From assembly GCA_050246815.1 (NCBI GenBank), contig JBFWVI010000015.1:1-30882 (forward strand): 30,882 nt of DNA, given 5' to 3'. Positions 8,801 through 16,050 of the stretch are shown here, in pieces. Each line of letters begins with the position of its first letter. Position 1 is the first letter of the stretch. The DNA comes from Bdellovibrionales bacterium (GTDB lineage Bacteria; Bdellovibrionota; Bdellovibrionia; Bdellovibrionales; UBA1609). The notes beneath the pieces are model-generated. The model was not told where the DNA came from, searched no databases, and saw nothing but the letters and a program-made list of their open reading frames with translations. Position numbers and translations under genes: made by a program.

Positions 8801-9064
8801 ACGTCCCTAACACCCGAGGAAGAGTATTTGCGTAAAGAGCTGCTGACGGTCTTAATGCGCAGCGTGCCTGCGGGGCTGCGCACCTTAAGCACTTCTGTTC
8901 TGGAGGTGATCTTCAGTTTCGAGATGGAATCCATGCAAGCTCAAGACATTGCTCAAATTTTAATGGAAGACAAAGTTCAGGTTACCGCAGGCGAGATCCA
9001 GCAAATTTTGGATGTTCTGGCGCAAAATCAAGAGTTCGCCTCTTATTTGCGCGACACCCTTTAA
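5879..9064 (+). CDS. Large tandem-repeat protein: signal peptide, 11 x ~84-aa HTH-like repeats, sigma-region-4-like C-terminus
   Basis: Open frame from 5789; second Met (5879) gives MSLLRFILPILIVTLFTPTAVVA. Repeats are visible in the translation. The function is inferred only. Confidence 0.85.
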   Translation: MSLLRFILPILIVTLFTPTAVVASVTGQVEDCDVLLEAGSSAWTPDLLEVGFLALLDLGFQFSSTSMRAAVQPFFDGAVSEALGFPTTVNRLYRQAVKRYGTLQGALDTFEIDYQIQTQYGVASKWTKPLIERALRVLYDNRFKPSRQFLGESRDERARKMVVKAVGFETSLISIYNNAQKLYDDGLFEALQKAGLPAREILAAKGRSYWNKRLVKKGLQALYNTGYEVNATALMKSKDPTAIRILSRTVGFKTALSALYVNSVELYESFPSALRAADLPVEKILLRPNHRELLTPEKMLLALKALAQTGYDISALSLKKPSPKADKVISNAVGFRLRTRVLGERAATHFGSLQNAFWNKEVVYRALQALYKNNYLPNINFFKYPDPQQAEKVAKILREAVGFPVVAWTVYSQALRLHDDNFKSALTGAGLPVQKIWHVKVGQPWTKELVYLALQALYAKGYLPKLYFLQNSKDERAVQILIKVTGFETTLSTLLVKAKEFHNGKFDDALVGAGLSLEEIKVVQPRTPWTKEQVYAGLRALNEKGFTPSASFLQKSDSSQARRILVEAVGFETELSSLYLKACEFHEGDFQRAVKNSGLLVEHVVSKYSGRYWTPRLVYLALRVLYENGFRPYAAFLHIGRSEEAEQILKEALGFPVRLSTVYKKARELHNNSFTLALKAAGLPAEKIVQRTSPNPMTKKMVAVGLIALYESGHLPNPGLLGTVDPAATHVLQEALGTHATLADLHDQVLQHYGPDFKEALRQVGLPVDQILGRGPHRFWNKEFIIRALRLLYESGFTPYASYLRVSRNSAAEQILKRIVGHTVRLSALYVQAEGQFDGRFQDAIAAAGLPVEKIVLQNENQWTDEIVVEALKMLYHQGFRPNYTLLHSGQIEALRVVSDSVGFVTTPRILFKQARVRFGSLRQALLAGGLPADRIVYRFNRRHVDYSLTMPTQKEYVHVEGEDRSRRVTLIGETSLTPEEEYLRKELLTVLMRSVPAGLRTLSTSVLEVIFSFEMESMQAQDIAQILMEDKVQVTAGEIQQILDVLAQNQEFASYLRDTL
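6005..8710 (+). repeat. Intragenic tandem array of 11 diverged ~252-nt (83-87 aa) repeats; unit 4 truncated to 64 aa
   Basis: Unit starts at 6005, 6254, 6506, 6758, 6950, 7211, 7463, 7715, 7967, 8216, 8465. Consensus W[TN]kelv..aL.aLy..Gf.P....l.......A..il..avGf.t.ls.ly..A...h.g.f..AL..aGLp.e.I. Confidence 0.9.
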
Positions 9065-9146
9065 GACCATCTCACCATAGCTTTTTTAGATCATATTCTG
9101 TAGAATCGGTCTTTGCTTTCGCACGATTTTCGCGAGGGGGATTTTT

Positions 9147-10169
9147 TTGAGACATTTTTTGCTGCCGATTTTTTTAGTATTTTCAATTCACTCGACCGCT
9201 GCAGACAAAGGAGCGCCCGTGATTGCTGGTAAATACAAAGTTCCTCCCAAAGAAGTGCTAAAGAAGATTTTAACCCCCGAACAGTACCGCTGCACGCAAG
9301 AGGCCGACACAGAAAAGCCTTTTGTGAATGCCTATTGGAATAAAAAAGACGATGGCATTTATGTCGACGTGGTCACCGGTGAACCTCTTTTTAGCTCTTT
9401 GCACAAATATGACTCGGGCAGTGGTTGGCCGAGTTTTGATCGTCCTATTGCGGAAGGCAATATGGTCAAAAAGGACGACTACGAGTTGAGTACCAAACGC
9501 ATCGAAGTGCGCTCTAAGCATGGCAATTCACATTTAGGCCACGTGTTTGACGATGGCCCACCCAGCACGGGATTGCGATATTGTATCAACTCGGCCGCTT
9601 TGAAGTTTGTGCCGCTGGAAAAAATGAAGGACGACGGTTATGGACAATTTCTTTTTTCATTCGCTCAAAAAAAGGGCTGGCAAGTGGCAACCTTGGCGGG
9701 TGGGTGCTTTTGGGGAGTCGAAGAACTGATCCAAAAAATTCCGGGTGTGATCGAAACCCAGGTGGGCTACAGCGGTGGCGATGTGAAAAACGCCACGTAT
9801 GACCTGGTCAAACAAGGCAAAAGCAATCATGCCGAGGCGGTACAAGTTTTGTTCGATCCGAAAAAAGTCACCTATGAAGCGATCTTGCTTGAGTTCTTTA
9901 AGCTGCACGACCCCACCACGCTTAACCAGCAAGGCAATGACAAAGGGACTCAATACCGTTCGGCCATTTTTTACGCGAACGACGAGCAGAAAAAGGTCGC
10001 CGAAATTGTTAAAGCCCGTGTGCACAAATCAGGGCAGTGGAAAAAGCCCGTCGTGACTCAGATAGTTGCTTACAAGGATTTTTGGCGAGCCGAAGATGAA
10101 CATCAAAAATATTTAGACAAAAATCCGAACGGTTACACCTGCCATTTTGTCCGTGATCTTAGTTTTTAA
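9147..10169 (+). CDS. msrAB: Bifunctional peptide methionine sulfoxide reductase (MsrB-MsrA fusion) with probable signal peptide
   Basis: Msr[28 protein letters not shown]. Msr[49 protein letters not shown]. Confidence 0.95.
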   Translation: MRHFLLPIFLVFSIHSTAADKGAPVIAGKYKVPPKEVLKKILTPEQYRCTQEADTEKPFVNAYWNKKDDGIYVDVVTGEPLFSSLHKYDSGSGWPSFDRPIAEGNMVKKDDYELSTKRIEVRSKHGNSHLGHVFDDGPPSTGLRYCINSAALKFVPLEKMKDDGYGQFLFSFAQKKGWQVATLAGGCFWGVEELIQKIPGVIETQVGYSGGDVKNATYDLVKQGKSNHAEAVQVLFDPKKVTYEAILLEFFKLHDPTTLNQQGNDKGTQYRSAIFYANDEQKKVAEIVKARVHKSGQWKKPVVTQIVAYKDFWRAEDEHQKYLDKNPNGYTCHFVRDLSF

Positions 10170-10255
10170 TTCGAACCATAAAATAAATCTGGCCTAAGGT
10201 CTGGCCAGACCTCGCGGCTGTCGAGTGAGGACATGGATTTTCCGATACTTAAGAC

Positions 10256-11158
10256 ATGAGTACAGCAGCAGTTTTAGAATACAATGCCGATCGATCAATC
10301 CGCGTTTTGAAATGCCGTTCGCATATCAAAGCGTTTTACTACTTCACCATCGGGGCCTCGTCGCTTTGGTTGCTTCTTGGGCTGGCGAGTGTTGCCGCCT
10401 TTGGCCTCAGCGAAAACGACAACGCTGTGGTGTGGTCCTTGATTTTTGGTTTTGCTGTGCCCGCGCTGCTGTTGGCGTTCGCGCGATTCATCGTTTATCC
10501 GGTGGCGTTCACTCGCGTCGAAATCAAACCGCGGAGTTTGATTGTGCGCCGCTCAGAACTGCAGGAGCATGAATTCGAATTGCCACTGAAGAATATCGAG
10601 CGCGTGAAGTTGTCTTATCTGCCCTTCATTGGCGGCTGGATGAAAATTGTGATGAAAGATGGCACATCTTATATCTTAAGTGTCGCGCTTGAGCGAAGTG
10701 AATATGTTTTGGATGCTGTGATGAACTTCGATGCGCACCTTGTGGATCCGGATCGTGCTCAAGACTATCGCATGACTGCCATTTATTACGATCACTCATG
10801 GGCTCGGCTGACCAGCCGCCTGAATAACACGAAGAAAATATTTGTGAAATACGGCTTGGCCGCATTTATCGTGCCTACGGCTTACTTCACTTTGACTGCT
10901 GCCCAGCACGCGGCGAAAACACCCAGCGTATTTAAAGTATTGTTGGTGATGGTCGGAACCTTCGTGGTGTTGCTGTCTTTAGGTACGGTGCTTTGGCTTT
11001 TGTCAGAAACTTTGGTGTTGGCACCGGCCAGCCGCCGCGCGCTGAAGCTGGACTTCACCAAGCCAGTTCGCCCGATTGAGTTTGAAAAGCGCGTCGAAAT
11101 TTTTGCGGATATCGTCTACATACTAATCGTCGTCGGCCTGGTTCTTGCGCTGGCGTAA
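10256..11158 (+). CDS. Hypothetical integral membrane protein with a PH-like soluble segment
   Basis: About 5 hydrophobic segments; VEIKPRSLIVRR...LPLKNIERVKL...MKIVMKDG resembles bacterial PH domains. Confidence 0.65.
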   Translation: MSTAAVLEYNADRSIRVLKCRSHIKAFYYFTIGASSLWLLLGLASVAAFGLSENDNAVVWSLIFGFAVPALLLAFARFIVYPVAFTRVEIKPRSLIVRRSELQEHEFELPLKNIERVKLSYLPFIGGWMKIVMKDGTSYILSVALERSEYVLDAVMNFDAHLVDPDRAQDYRMTAIYYDHSWARLTSRLNNTKKIFVKYGLAAFIVPTAYFTLTAAQHAAKTPSVFKVLLVMVGTFVVLLSLGTVLWLLSETLVLAPASRRALKLDFTKPVRPIEFEKRVEIFADIVYILIVVGLVLALA

Positions 11159-11168
11159 CAGACGGACT

Positions 11169-12248
11169 CTAGTAATAATCTGGCGTCACGAATTCTGGCA
11201 TAAAGGGGTATTGATAAGAGCGGTACTTGCTCATATCAGGCCGTCCCGACTGCACATAGGCCTCATCCCACATGGCGGCGAGCAGCGCCGCCGAGCGCGA
11301 CAAATGCTTAATGATTAGGGGCGTGTACGCCATCATCGTTTCGGTGGCTTTCAGTCGCTGGGCTTCTTTTTTAGTGTTGTTGTTTTCAGGCGAAGGCTTT
11401 TCAGAGGGTTTCGAAATTTTGTCGATGTCCAGCAGGGCTTGCACATCCTGGCTTGAGAGAATCGTCAGCTGGCGCATTTTTTCGATATTGTTTTTTACGG
11501 TTAAAAAAGCGACCTGTGCTTTTTCATTTTTGTCTTTGCTGTTCATCCAAGCTTGAAGTTTGCGAGCTTCGGGCACCACCAGACCTTCAAATTGCTCGTC
11601 TTGGACGTTGATATTGCCGTCTTCATAAAACCAGTGAATGCCACCGTGACCGGCATGATAACCATCATGATCGGCTGTGCTATGAAACGGCATAGAGGCA
11701 TCACCCACAAAATGTCCAATCAAGCCCAGATTTACGTAAAACCCGAACACGGCTTTGTTGTAGGGCAAAGTGTAATCCTGTTCTTCTTTGCCGCCTTTGG
11801 GCACTTTTGCTTTTTTTAAGGCCTTACCTTCGACGACGGCTCGTCTAAAAAACTGATCCGCCCGCCACCATAAAGAGCCCAGTTCGCCCGGAACAGAAGC
11901 AATTTTTTTGCTGGTGTCGAATTTGTTGTCGGCGCCGGTGTATTTGGCGACAATTTTTTTATAATCCGCAGGCAAATCTGGCAGCGACACCCCCAGCACC
12001 TCGGGGTCTAACCAGTGAGTTGGGCTGCCAATCTTGTTTTGCTCGGGCCCTTGCCCCTTCCAAAAGGTATCGGGGATATTGCACAGATGTCCCATCACAT
12101 GGGGACGCGCTTTCAAGAAGTCTTGCAACCCCTTTTCTTTCATTAAAAAGACGGCGGAATGGCAGATGGCGTGATGGCCGCGTCCGCCCCATGCCCAGGC
12201 GTTGGTGGTCGTCAATACGGTCAAGAGCAAAGCTAGGCGAATCAACAT
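11169..12248 (-). CDS. Secreted S1/P1 nuclease / zinc-dependent phospholipase C superfamily enzyme
   Basis: Signal ending AWA, then mature N-terminal W-GGRGHH; PD, HWLD, GHFVGDASMPFH and IHWFYED are the trinuclear Zn ligands of this fold. Confidence 0.85.
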   Translation of the reverse strand: MLIRLALLLTVLTTTNAWAWGGRGHHAICHSAVFLMKEKGLQDFLKARPHVMGHLCNIPDTFWKGQGPEQNKIGSPTHWLDPEVLGVSLPDLPADYKKIVAKYTGADNKFDTSKKIASVPGELGSLWWRADQFFRRAVVEGKALKKAKVPKGGKEEQDYTLPYNKAVFGFYVNLGLIGHFVGDASMPFHSTADHDGYHAGHGGIHWFYEDGNINVQDEQFEGLVVPEARKLQAWMNSKDKNEKAQVAFLTVKNNIEKMRQLTILSSQDVQALLDIDKISKPSEKPSPENNNTKKEAQRLKATETMMAYTPLIIKHLSRSAALLAAMWDEAYVQSGRPDMSKYRSYQYPFMPEFVTPDYY

Positions 12249-12281
12249 CAAACCCCTCGATGAAAATAATGGTGCCCTAAG

Positions 12282-12725
12282 CTACTTGGTTGTGGGGTAA
12301 GAGGCAATTAGGGCTTGGTGATTCTCGCCTGGCTTGCAGGTCAGATTGAATTTGCGCGTTACAGGTTCGCCCAAGTGTCCCTTGGTTTGTTCGTTGAGCA
12401 CCGCATGAAAAGAGTCTTGGCTTTCCATGGCCCGCCAAGGCAGCGCCAAATGATAGCTGGGGGTGTGATCAATCGTCTTAATACCCGTAGGGCTTTGTGA
12501 GCAGGACCGCTTTTGGCCGCAGCGCGGAAAAGAAAGGGCGGCCGTGGCATTTGTTGAAGGGTATTTTTCGCCACGCTTAAAAATTTGAACGGTGGTGTAG
12601 CCGCTTTCAGTCAAGACAACCAGGCGATAGGGGCTTTTTTTATTGCCGCAGGTGACATAGGTGTCGGCCACAGCCGTGCTACACCAACAAGCCAACAGCA
12701 TCAAAATCATGTGAATAAATCTCAT
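12282..12725 (-). CDS. Hypothetical secreted protein
   Basis: GAGGGG RBS; signal ending AVA; Cys near both ends (VTCG...LTCK). Confidence 0.65.
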   Translation of the reverse strand: MRFIHMILMLLACWCSTAVADTYVTCGNKKSPYRLVVLTESGYTTVQIFKRGEKYPSTNATAALSFPRCGQKRSCSQSPTGIKTIDHTPSYHLALPWRAMESQDSFHAVLNEQTKGHLGEPVTRKFNLTCKPGENHQALIASYPTTK

Positions 12726-12832
12726 TTAATTCCCCTCGTCCGAGGGGCAAGGTCTATGCAGACTGCAGCTTTGGGTCAAATGGACTGACCTGTATTAGAA
12801 ATATCTTCATGGACTCTTAATGCGGATTCTTT

Positions 12833-13408
12833 TTAGCGTGTTTGACGGTTGATTTTCATATTGGTGGAAGTGGCTTTGGGGCCAGATAAAAAGCCGACGC
12901 TGGCACGTGCCCGCAAATTGGAGCTTGAGGCTTTAGCGGTACCCGAGCTCAAGCGAAAGTCCCCGGGCTTCACCACGGTGGGCACGATGTACTCCACATT
13001 CAGCGAACTGGTATCCGAGTCACCTGCGGCGTAGACGCCCCGGACCAGCATGGTGAAGCGAACGGTTTGGGCGGTATTCCAGACAGCCATAGTGGTCAGA
13101 CTGGGCAAATCAAAGCTAAAGGCACCGGTGCCAGCGCAATCCACTGTTGCGACGCCAGCCGCAAAGTTGGCGGCCTGCCCCCAACCTTGAAAGCCATCAA
13201 TGCGAAACTCCAAGCGTTGCACACCGGAATCACAGGTGCCACTGACTGGGATCGGGGTGACGGTGCTGACAATGGTGATCGTGTGATCGGTGCGGCCGAA
13301 ATAAAGTGGCTGGGGTAAGGCCTTAGACACATTCGTGAACTGGGGCTGTGCATTTGTACAGCCTACGCAAAGCGCCACAGTCAAGATTCTGCCGAATACA
13401 TGTCGCAT
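12833..13408 (-). CDS. Hypothetical lipoprotein, Ig-like/beta-rich
   Basis: Met at 13408 gives MRHVFGRILTVALCVGC (lipobox); VSGTCD...CAGTGAFSF beta-rich pattern. The longer ORF-track start overlaps the neighbouring gene. Confidence 0.65.
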   Translation of the reverse strand: MRHVFGRILTVALCVGCTNAQPQFTNVSKALPQPLYFGRTDHTITIVSTVTPIPVSGTCDSGVQRLEFRIDGFQGWGQAANFAAGVATVDCAGTGAFSFDLPSLTTMAVWNTAQTVRFTMLVRGVYAAGDSDTSSLNVEYIVPTVVKPGDFRLSSGTAKASSSNLRARASVGFLSGPKATSTNMKINRQTR

Positions 13409-13414
13409 ACTTAC

Positions 13415-13442
13415 TTTTCGGCTTTTTTGACTTAGGTCGTGA
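13415..13442 (-). promoter_or_regulatory. FliA (sigma28)-like promoter, probably leaderless transcript
   Basis: Minus strand TCAC-N16-GCCGAAAA, ending 6 nt before ATG 13408. Confidence 0.45.
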
Positions 13443-13458
13443 GTCGCGATCCGTCTCA

Positions 13459-13851
13459 TTATGAGGCATTGTCGTAATCGAGCACCCTTTTGACCATGCG
13501 GTCTGCGCCTGAAGCCTGGTACCACACGCGTTCAGAAAAAATGATGAGCAGGGTCACGAGAGGCATAAGAAATAAAACACCGCCCGTGACAGCCGCCACC
13601 CAAAGCTTGGTTTCAAGCTCCCAAGGCGCTAAAAAAACACCGGCGCCCACCATCAAAGCCAAACCGAAGCTCATCAGTTGCATCACCAGTAAAAAAGCGA
13701 TTAGACCCATGGCAGACAGTCGGGCCCCTTGCAGCACTTTTAAGTAGGTGCGCAGGCCTTCTATCTTCATGTGGTGCATCGCTTGAGCCTGCTGGCGTTT
13801 AAAAAACCAGCCGAGCAGAGTTTGCAAAAGTGTGCGCAGCAGCCAATGCAT
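13459..13851 (-). CDS. YqjE/phage-holin-3-6-like membrane protein
   Basis: Two to three TM helices; lies 2 nt downstream of a DUF883 gene, the usual yqjD-yqjE arrangement. Confidence 0.6.
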   Translation of the reverse strand: MHWLLRTLLQTLLGWFFKRQQAQAMHHMKIEGLRTYLKVLQGARLSAMGLIAFLLVMQLMSFGLALMVGAGVFLAPWELETKLWVAAVTGGVLFLMPLVTLLIIFSERVWYQASGADRMVKRVLDYDNAS

Positions 13852-13853
13852 TT

Positions 13854-14216
13854 TTAGTCCTTACGGCCCAACAAATAACCGATCAAAAAAGCGATCAAAC
13901 CGACGATGCCTAGGGCCCACCAAGGGTTTTCGTGCACGCGACGGTCCAATTCTTTACCCATGTCTTTGACGGACTCTTGGCTTTTGTCGAAAGTCTCGCG
14001 CACATGTTTAACTGTGCTATCAAATGTTTCGGCCGCCGCCGCGCCGGCGTCGTTTTTAAGTTTGTGCAGATGAGGTTTTAAGTCCTCGAGCGCCTTTTTG
14101 ATATTTTCGATGTCTTCGCTTAAGGGGCTGTGACTTTGGCCATTGCCGTTGGTGGCTTTTTCAAGACGGCGGATAGCATCGGATAAATTGTGGGGGGCGG
14201 ATTTTCGTTCGCTCAC
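13854..14216 (-). CDS. DUF883 / ElaB-YqjD family tail-anchored protein
   Basis: Coiled-coil followed by VHENPWWALGIVGLIAFLIGYLLGRK; GTG start with GAGGTG RBS. Confidence 0.85.
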   Translation of the reverse strand: MSERKSAPHNLSDAIRRLEKATNGNGQSHSPLSEDIENIKKALEDLKPHLHKLKNDAGAAAAETFDSTVKHVRETFDKSQESVKDMGKELDRRVHENPWWALGIVGLIAFLIGYLLGRKD

Positions 14217-14244
14217 AAGGCACCTCTTTCAAAGCTGTGTTCTC

Positions 14245-14272
14245 TTTTCGGCATAAACCACTTCGGGGCTTA
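14245..14272 (-). promoter_or_regulatory. FliA (sigma28)-like promoter
   Basis: Minus strand TAAG-N16-GCCGAAAA, upstream of the DUF883 RBS. Confidence 0.5.
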
Positions 14273-14335
14273 CCGGCCTTTGGTCGGGAGTGCGTTAGCG
14301 ATTGAATTTAGGGCCTGAATAAGTCAAAAGGATCT

Positions 14336-14998
14336 ATGGCGCGAACCCTGGATTTAAATATTTTGACCAGCCAGCCTGACAGCACGCGTGACGACGAATG
14401 GGAGCAGGCCTTTTTTCATGCCTTTGCCGATGGCAAGGTGGTGGTGCCGCGCAGCGAATCGCAAGTGGGACCCGACGGGTGGCCGTATTTGTATGTGCAA
14501 ACCAGCCCCAATGCCACGGAACCCGTGGTGCGGGTCTTGGACTGGCTTTCAACGCGCGGAATTGGCCTGGTCGTCAATGGTCACAAGGATGTGCCGGATT
14601 ATATTTTTCCCTATGGAATGGTGTGGAACTGGAAAGAACGCAGTCAGTTCATCACGCCCAGCCAACCGGTCACGAGCGGCGCCGTTGAATTAAAGGCCGG
14701 GCAGCAGATTTTGGCCGGCCCACCGGCGCCGGATTATCTACCGCCCTACGTGAGGAGCATCCTGGCTCAATTTTTACAAGGCCAAGGGGTCACATCGGCC
14801 AAAGTGCTGATGATATCGCACGATCATAAGCACTATGATTTGGCCTTTTCGTTGGAGTCTTTAGGTTCACCGCCCGATCATGAACATCGCGGTATTGCCG
14901 AAGCCCTGGCGTGGTTTTTACCGCAACACTATTCTTTGATGCTGGTCAGTGAAAAAGGGCTTCCAGAATTTCAAGCGTTGGGCGCGGCGAAACCTTAG
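14336..14998 (+). CDS. Conserved-looking hypothetical protein, SseB-like
   Basis: AAGGA RBS; two-part organisation with GIGLVVN and GPPAPDYLP linker, reminiscent of SseB N/C domains (tentative). Confidence 0.65.
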   Translation: MARTLDLNILTSQPDSTRDDEWEQAFFHAFADGKVVVPRSESQVGPDGWPYLYVQTSPNATEPVVRVLDWLSTRGIGLVVNGHKDVPDYIFPYGMVWNWKERSQFITPSQPVTSGAVELKAGQQILAGPPAPDYLPPYVRSILAQFLQGQGVTSAKVLMISHDHKHYDLAFSLESLGSPPDHEHRGIAEALAWFLPQHYSLMLVSEKGLPEFQALGAAKP

Positions 14999-15004
14999 GG
15001 CCAA

Positions 15005-15409
15005 TCAGGTGCCGGTGGTTTCGTCTTCGATTTCGCCTGGTGCGGGCAATAGGTCGATCAGACATTCGCGCCAATAAAGTGGAACATCTTCCGAGAATTG
15101 AATGCCCAGCACAAAAGTGCCGCGGCCCACATGTTCGGCGCGCATAATCACACCGTCCAAATCCAAATTCATCTGCGGCAAAAACATCACCACTTGCTGG
15201 CCGACCAGTTCTTGTAAGGATAGGTTTTCGCGCAGTTCGCGCGGCACCAGGTCTTTGCGCTCCAAGGTCATTTGTAAACCGCTGGTCGAAGCGTCAGTGA
15301 TTTGTCCGGCACGCGCCAAAACCTTATAGTGATTCAACGAAGTCAGCTCTGCCACGGCGATTGAATCTACAGTTTTTCGGTGCGCGATTCGGCGCTCGGC
15401 CGGTTTCAT
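15005..15409 (-). CDS. PilZ domain (c-di-GMP receptor) protein
   Basis: AAGGAG RBS before ATG 15409; RRIAHR (RxxxR) and DASTSG (D/NxSxxG); C-terminal LGIQF. Confidence 0.85.
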   Translation of the reverse strand: MKPAERRIAHRKTVDSIAVAELTSLNHYKVLARAGQITDASTSGLQMTLERKDLVPRELRENLSLQELVGQQVVMFLPQMNLDLDGVIMRAEHVGRGTFVLGIQFSEDVPLYWRECLIDLLPAPGEIEDETTGT

Positions 15410-15432
15410 GGTGTGCTCCTTGCTTAGCAAAC

Positions 15433-15460
15433 CTATCGGGCTGGGCTGGACCAAAGTTAA
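15433..15460 (-). promoter_or_regulatory. FliA (sigma28)-like promoter of the PilZ gene
   Basis: Minus strand TTAACTTT-N12-CCCGATAG versus consensus TAAAGTTT-N11-GCCGATAA. Confidence 0.45.
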
Positions 15461-16050
15461 GCTGAAAATTGCGACAGTCCCACAATGAGATCATTTTCTT
15501 GTTTTAGAATTCCGCGAATACGGGCGGCTTTAAGTTGTTGGATTTCAGCCGAAAAAAGCCAAACTCCGCGTTCTAAAACGTGCCAGTTGTGAAGATGGAT
15601 GGCACTTAAAACAAGGGGTTGGGCCGGGCCCAATAGTGACTTAAATGTTGCCTCTTTTGCCGTCCACAGGCACGCCGGGCTTGGGGCTTGCTCAAGTTCT
15701 TGTTTTGAGCTGACACGCAAAGCGATCTCAGGCGTGACCTGTGCGGCATTTTCAAGATCGAAGCCCAGCTGCCCTTCATCGCTAAAAGCCACAGCAAAGC
15801 CGCCGGCCAAGGGGCAATGTGAAATCGAGACGGTGAAGCCGGTCACCTGAGGTGGTTTTTTTAGATCTTGAAATACGTCTTTTAAATTTGCGGGCAGCGA
15901 AACAGCCGGCGTTTTTGATTGTGCCAGTTCACGTAAAGATTCAAGTGCGGCCGCTCGTAAAATAGGGCGGTGGTTTTGCTCTTGGGCTCGCCAATCGCGG
16001 CGCCACAGCAAATGAACATTTTTAAGCCCGAGCGCTAAGGGCAAGTTCAT
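15457..16050 (-). CDS. 4'-phosphopantetheinyl transferase (Sfp/EntD-like, compact)
   Basis: SISHC, LGFDLE and WTAKEATFKS motifs; start probably ATG 16050, overlapping the nadA end. Confidence 0.85.
   Translation of the reverse strand: MNLPLALGLKNVHLLWRRDWRAQEQNHRPILRAAALESLRELAQSKTPAVSLPANLKDVFQDLKKPPQVTGFTVSISHCPLAGGFAVAFSDEGQLGFDLENAAQVTPEIALRVSSKQELEQAPSPACLWTAKEATFKSLLGPAQPLVLSAIHLHNWHVLERGVWLFSAEIQQLKAARIRGILKQENDLIVGLSQFSA

Noticed and set aside
2817..9064. Genomic island integrated at the tRNA
   Set aside because: No integrase and no convincing duplicate of the tRNA 3' end in the window (only a 9-nt CCCCCACCA match near 17010). Orphan secreted genes are normal for this lineage.
13459..13851. 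Phage holin indicating a prophage
   Set aside because: Its position after DUF883 indicates the cellular YqjD-YqjE-like module; there is no endolysin.
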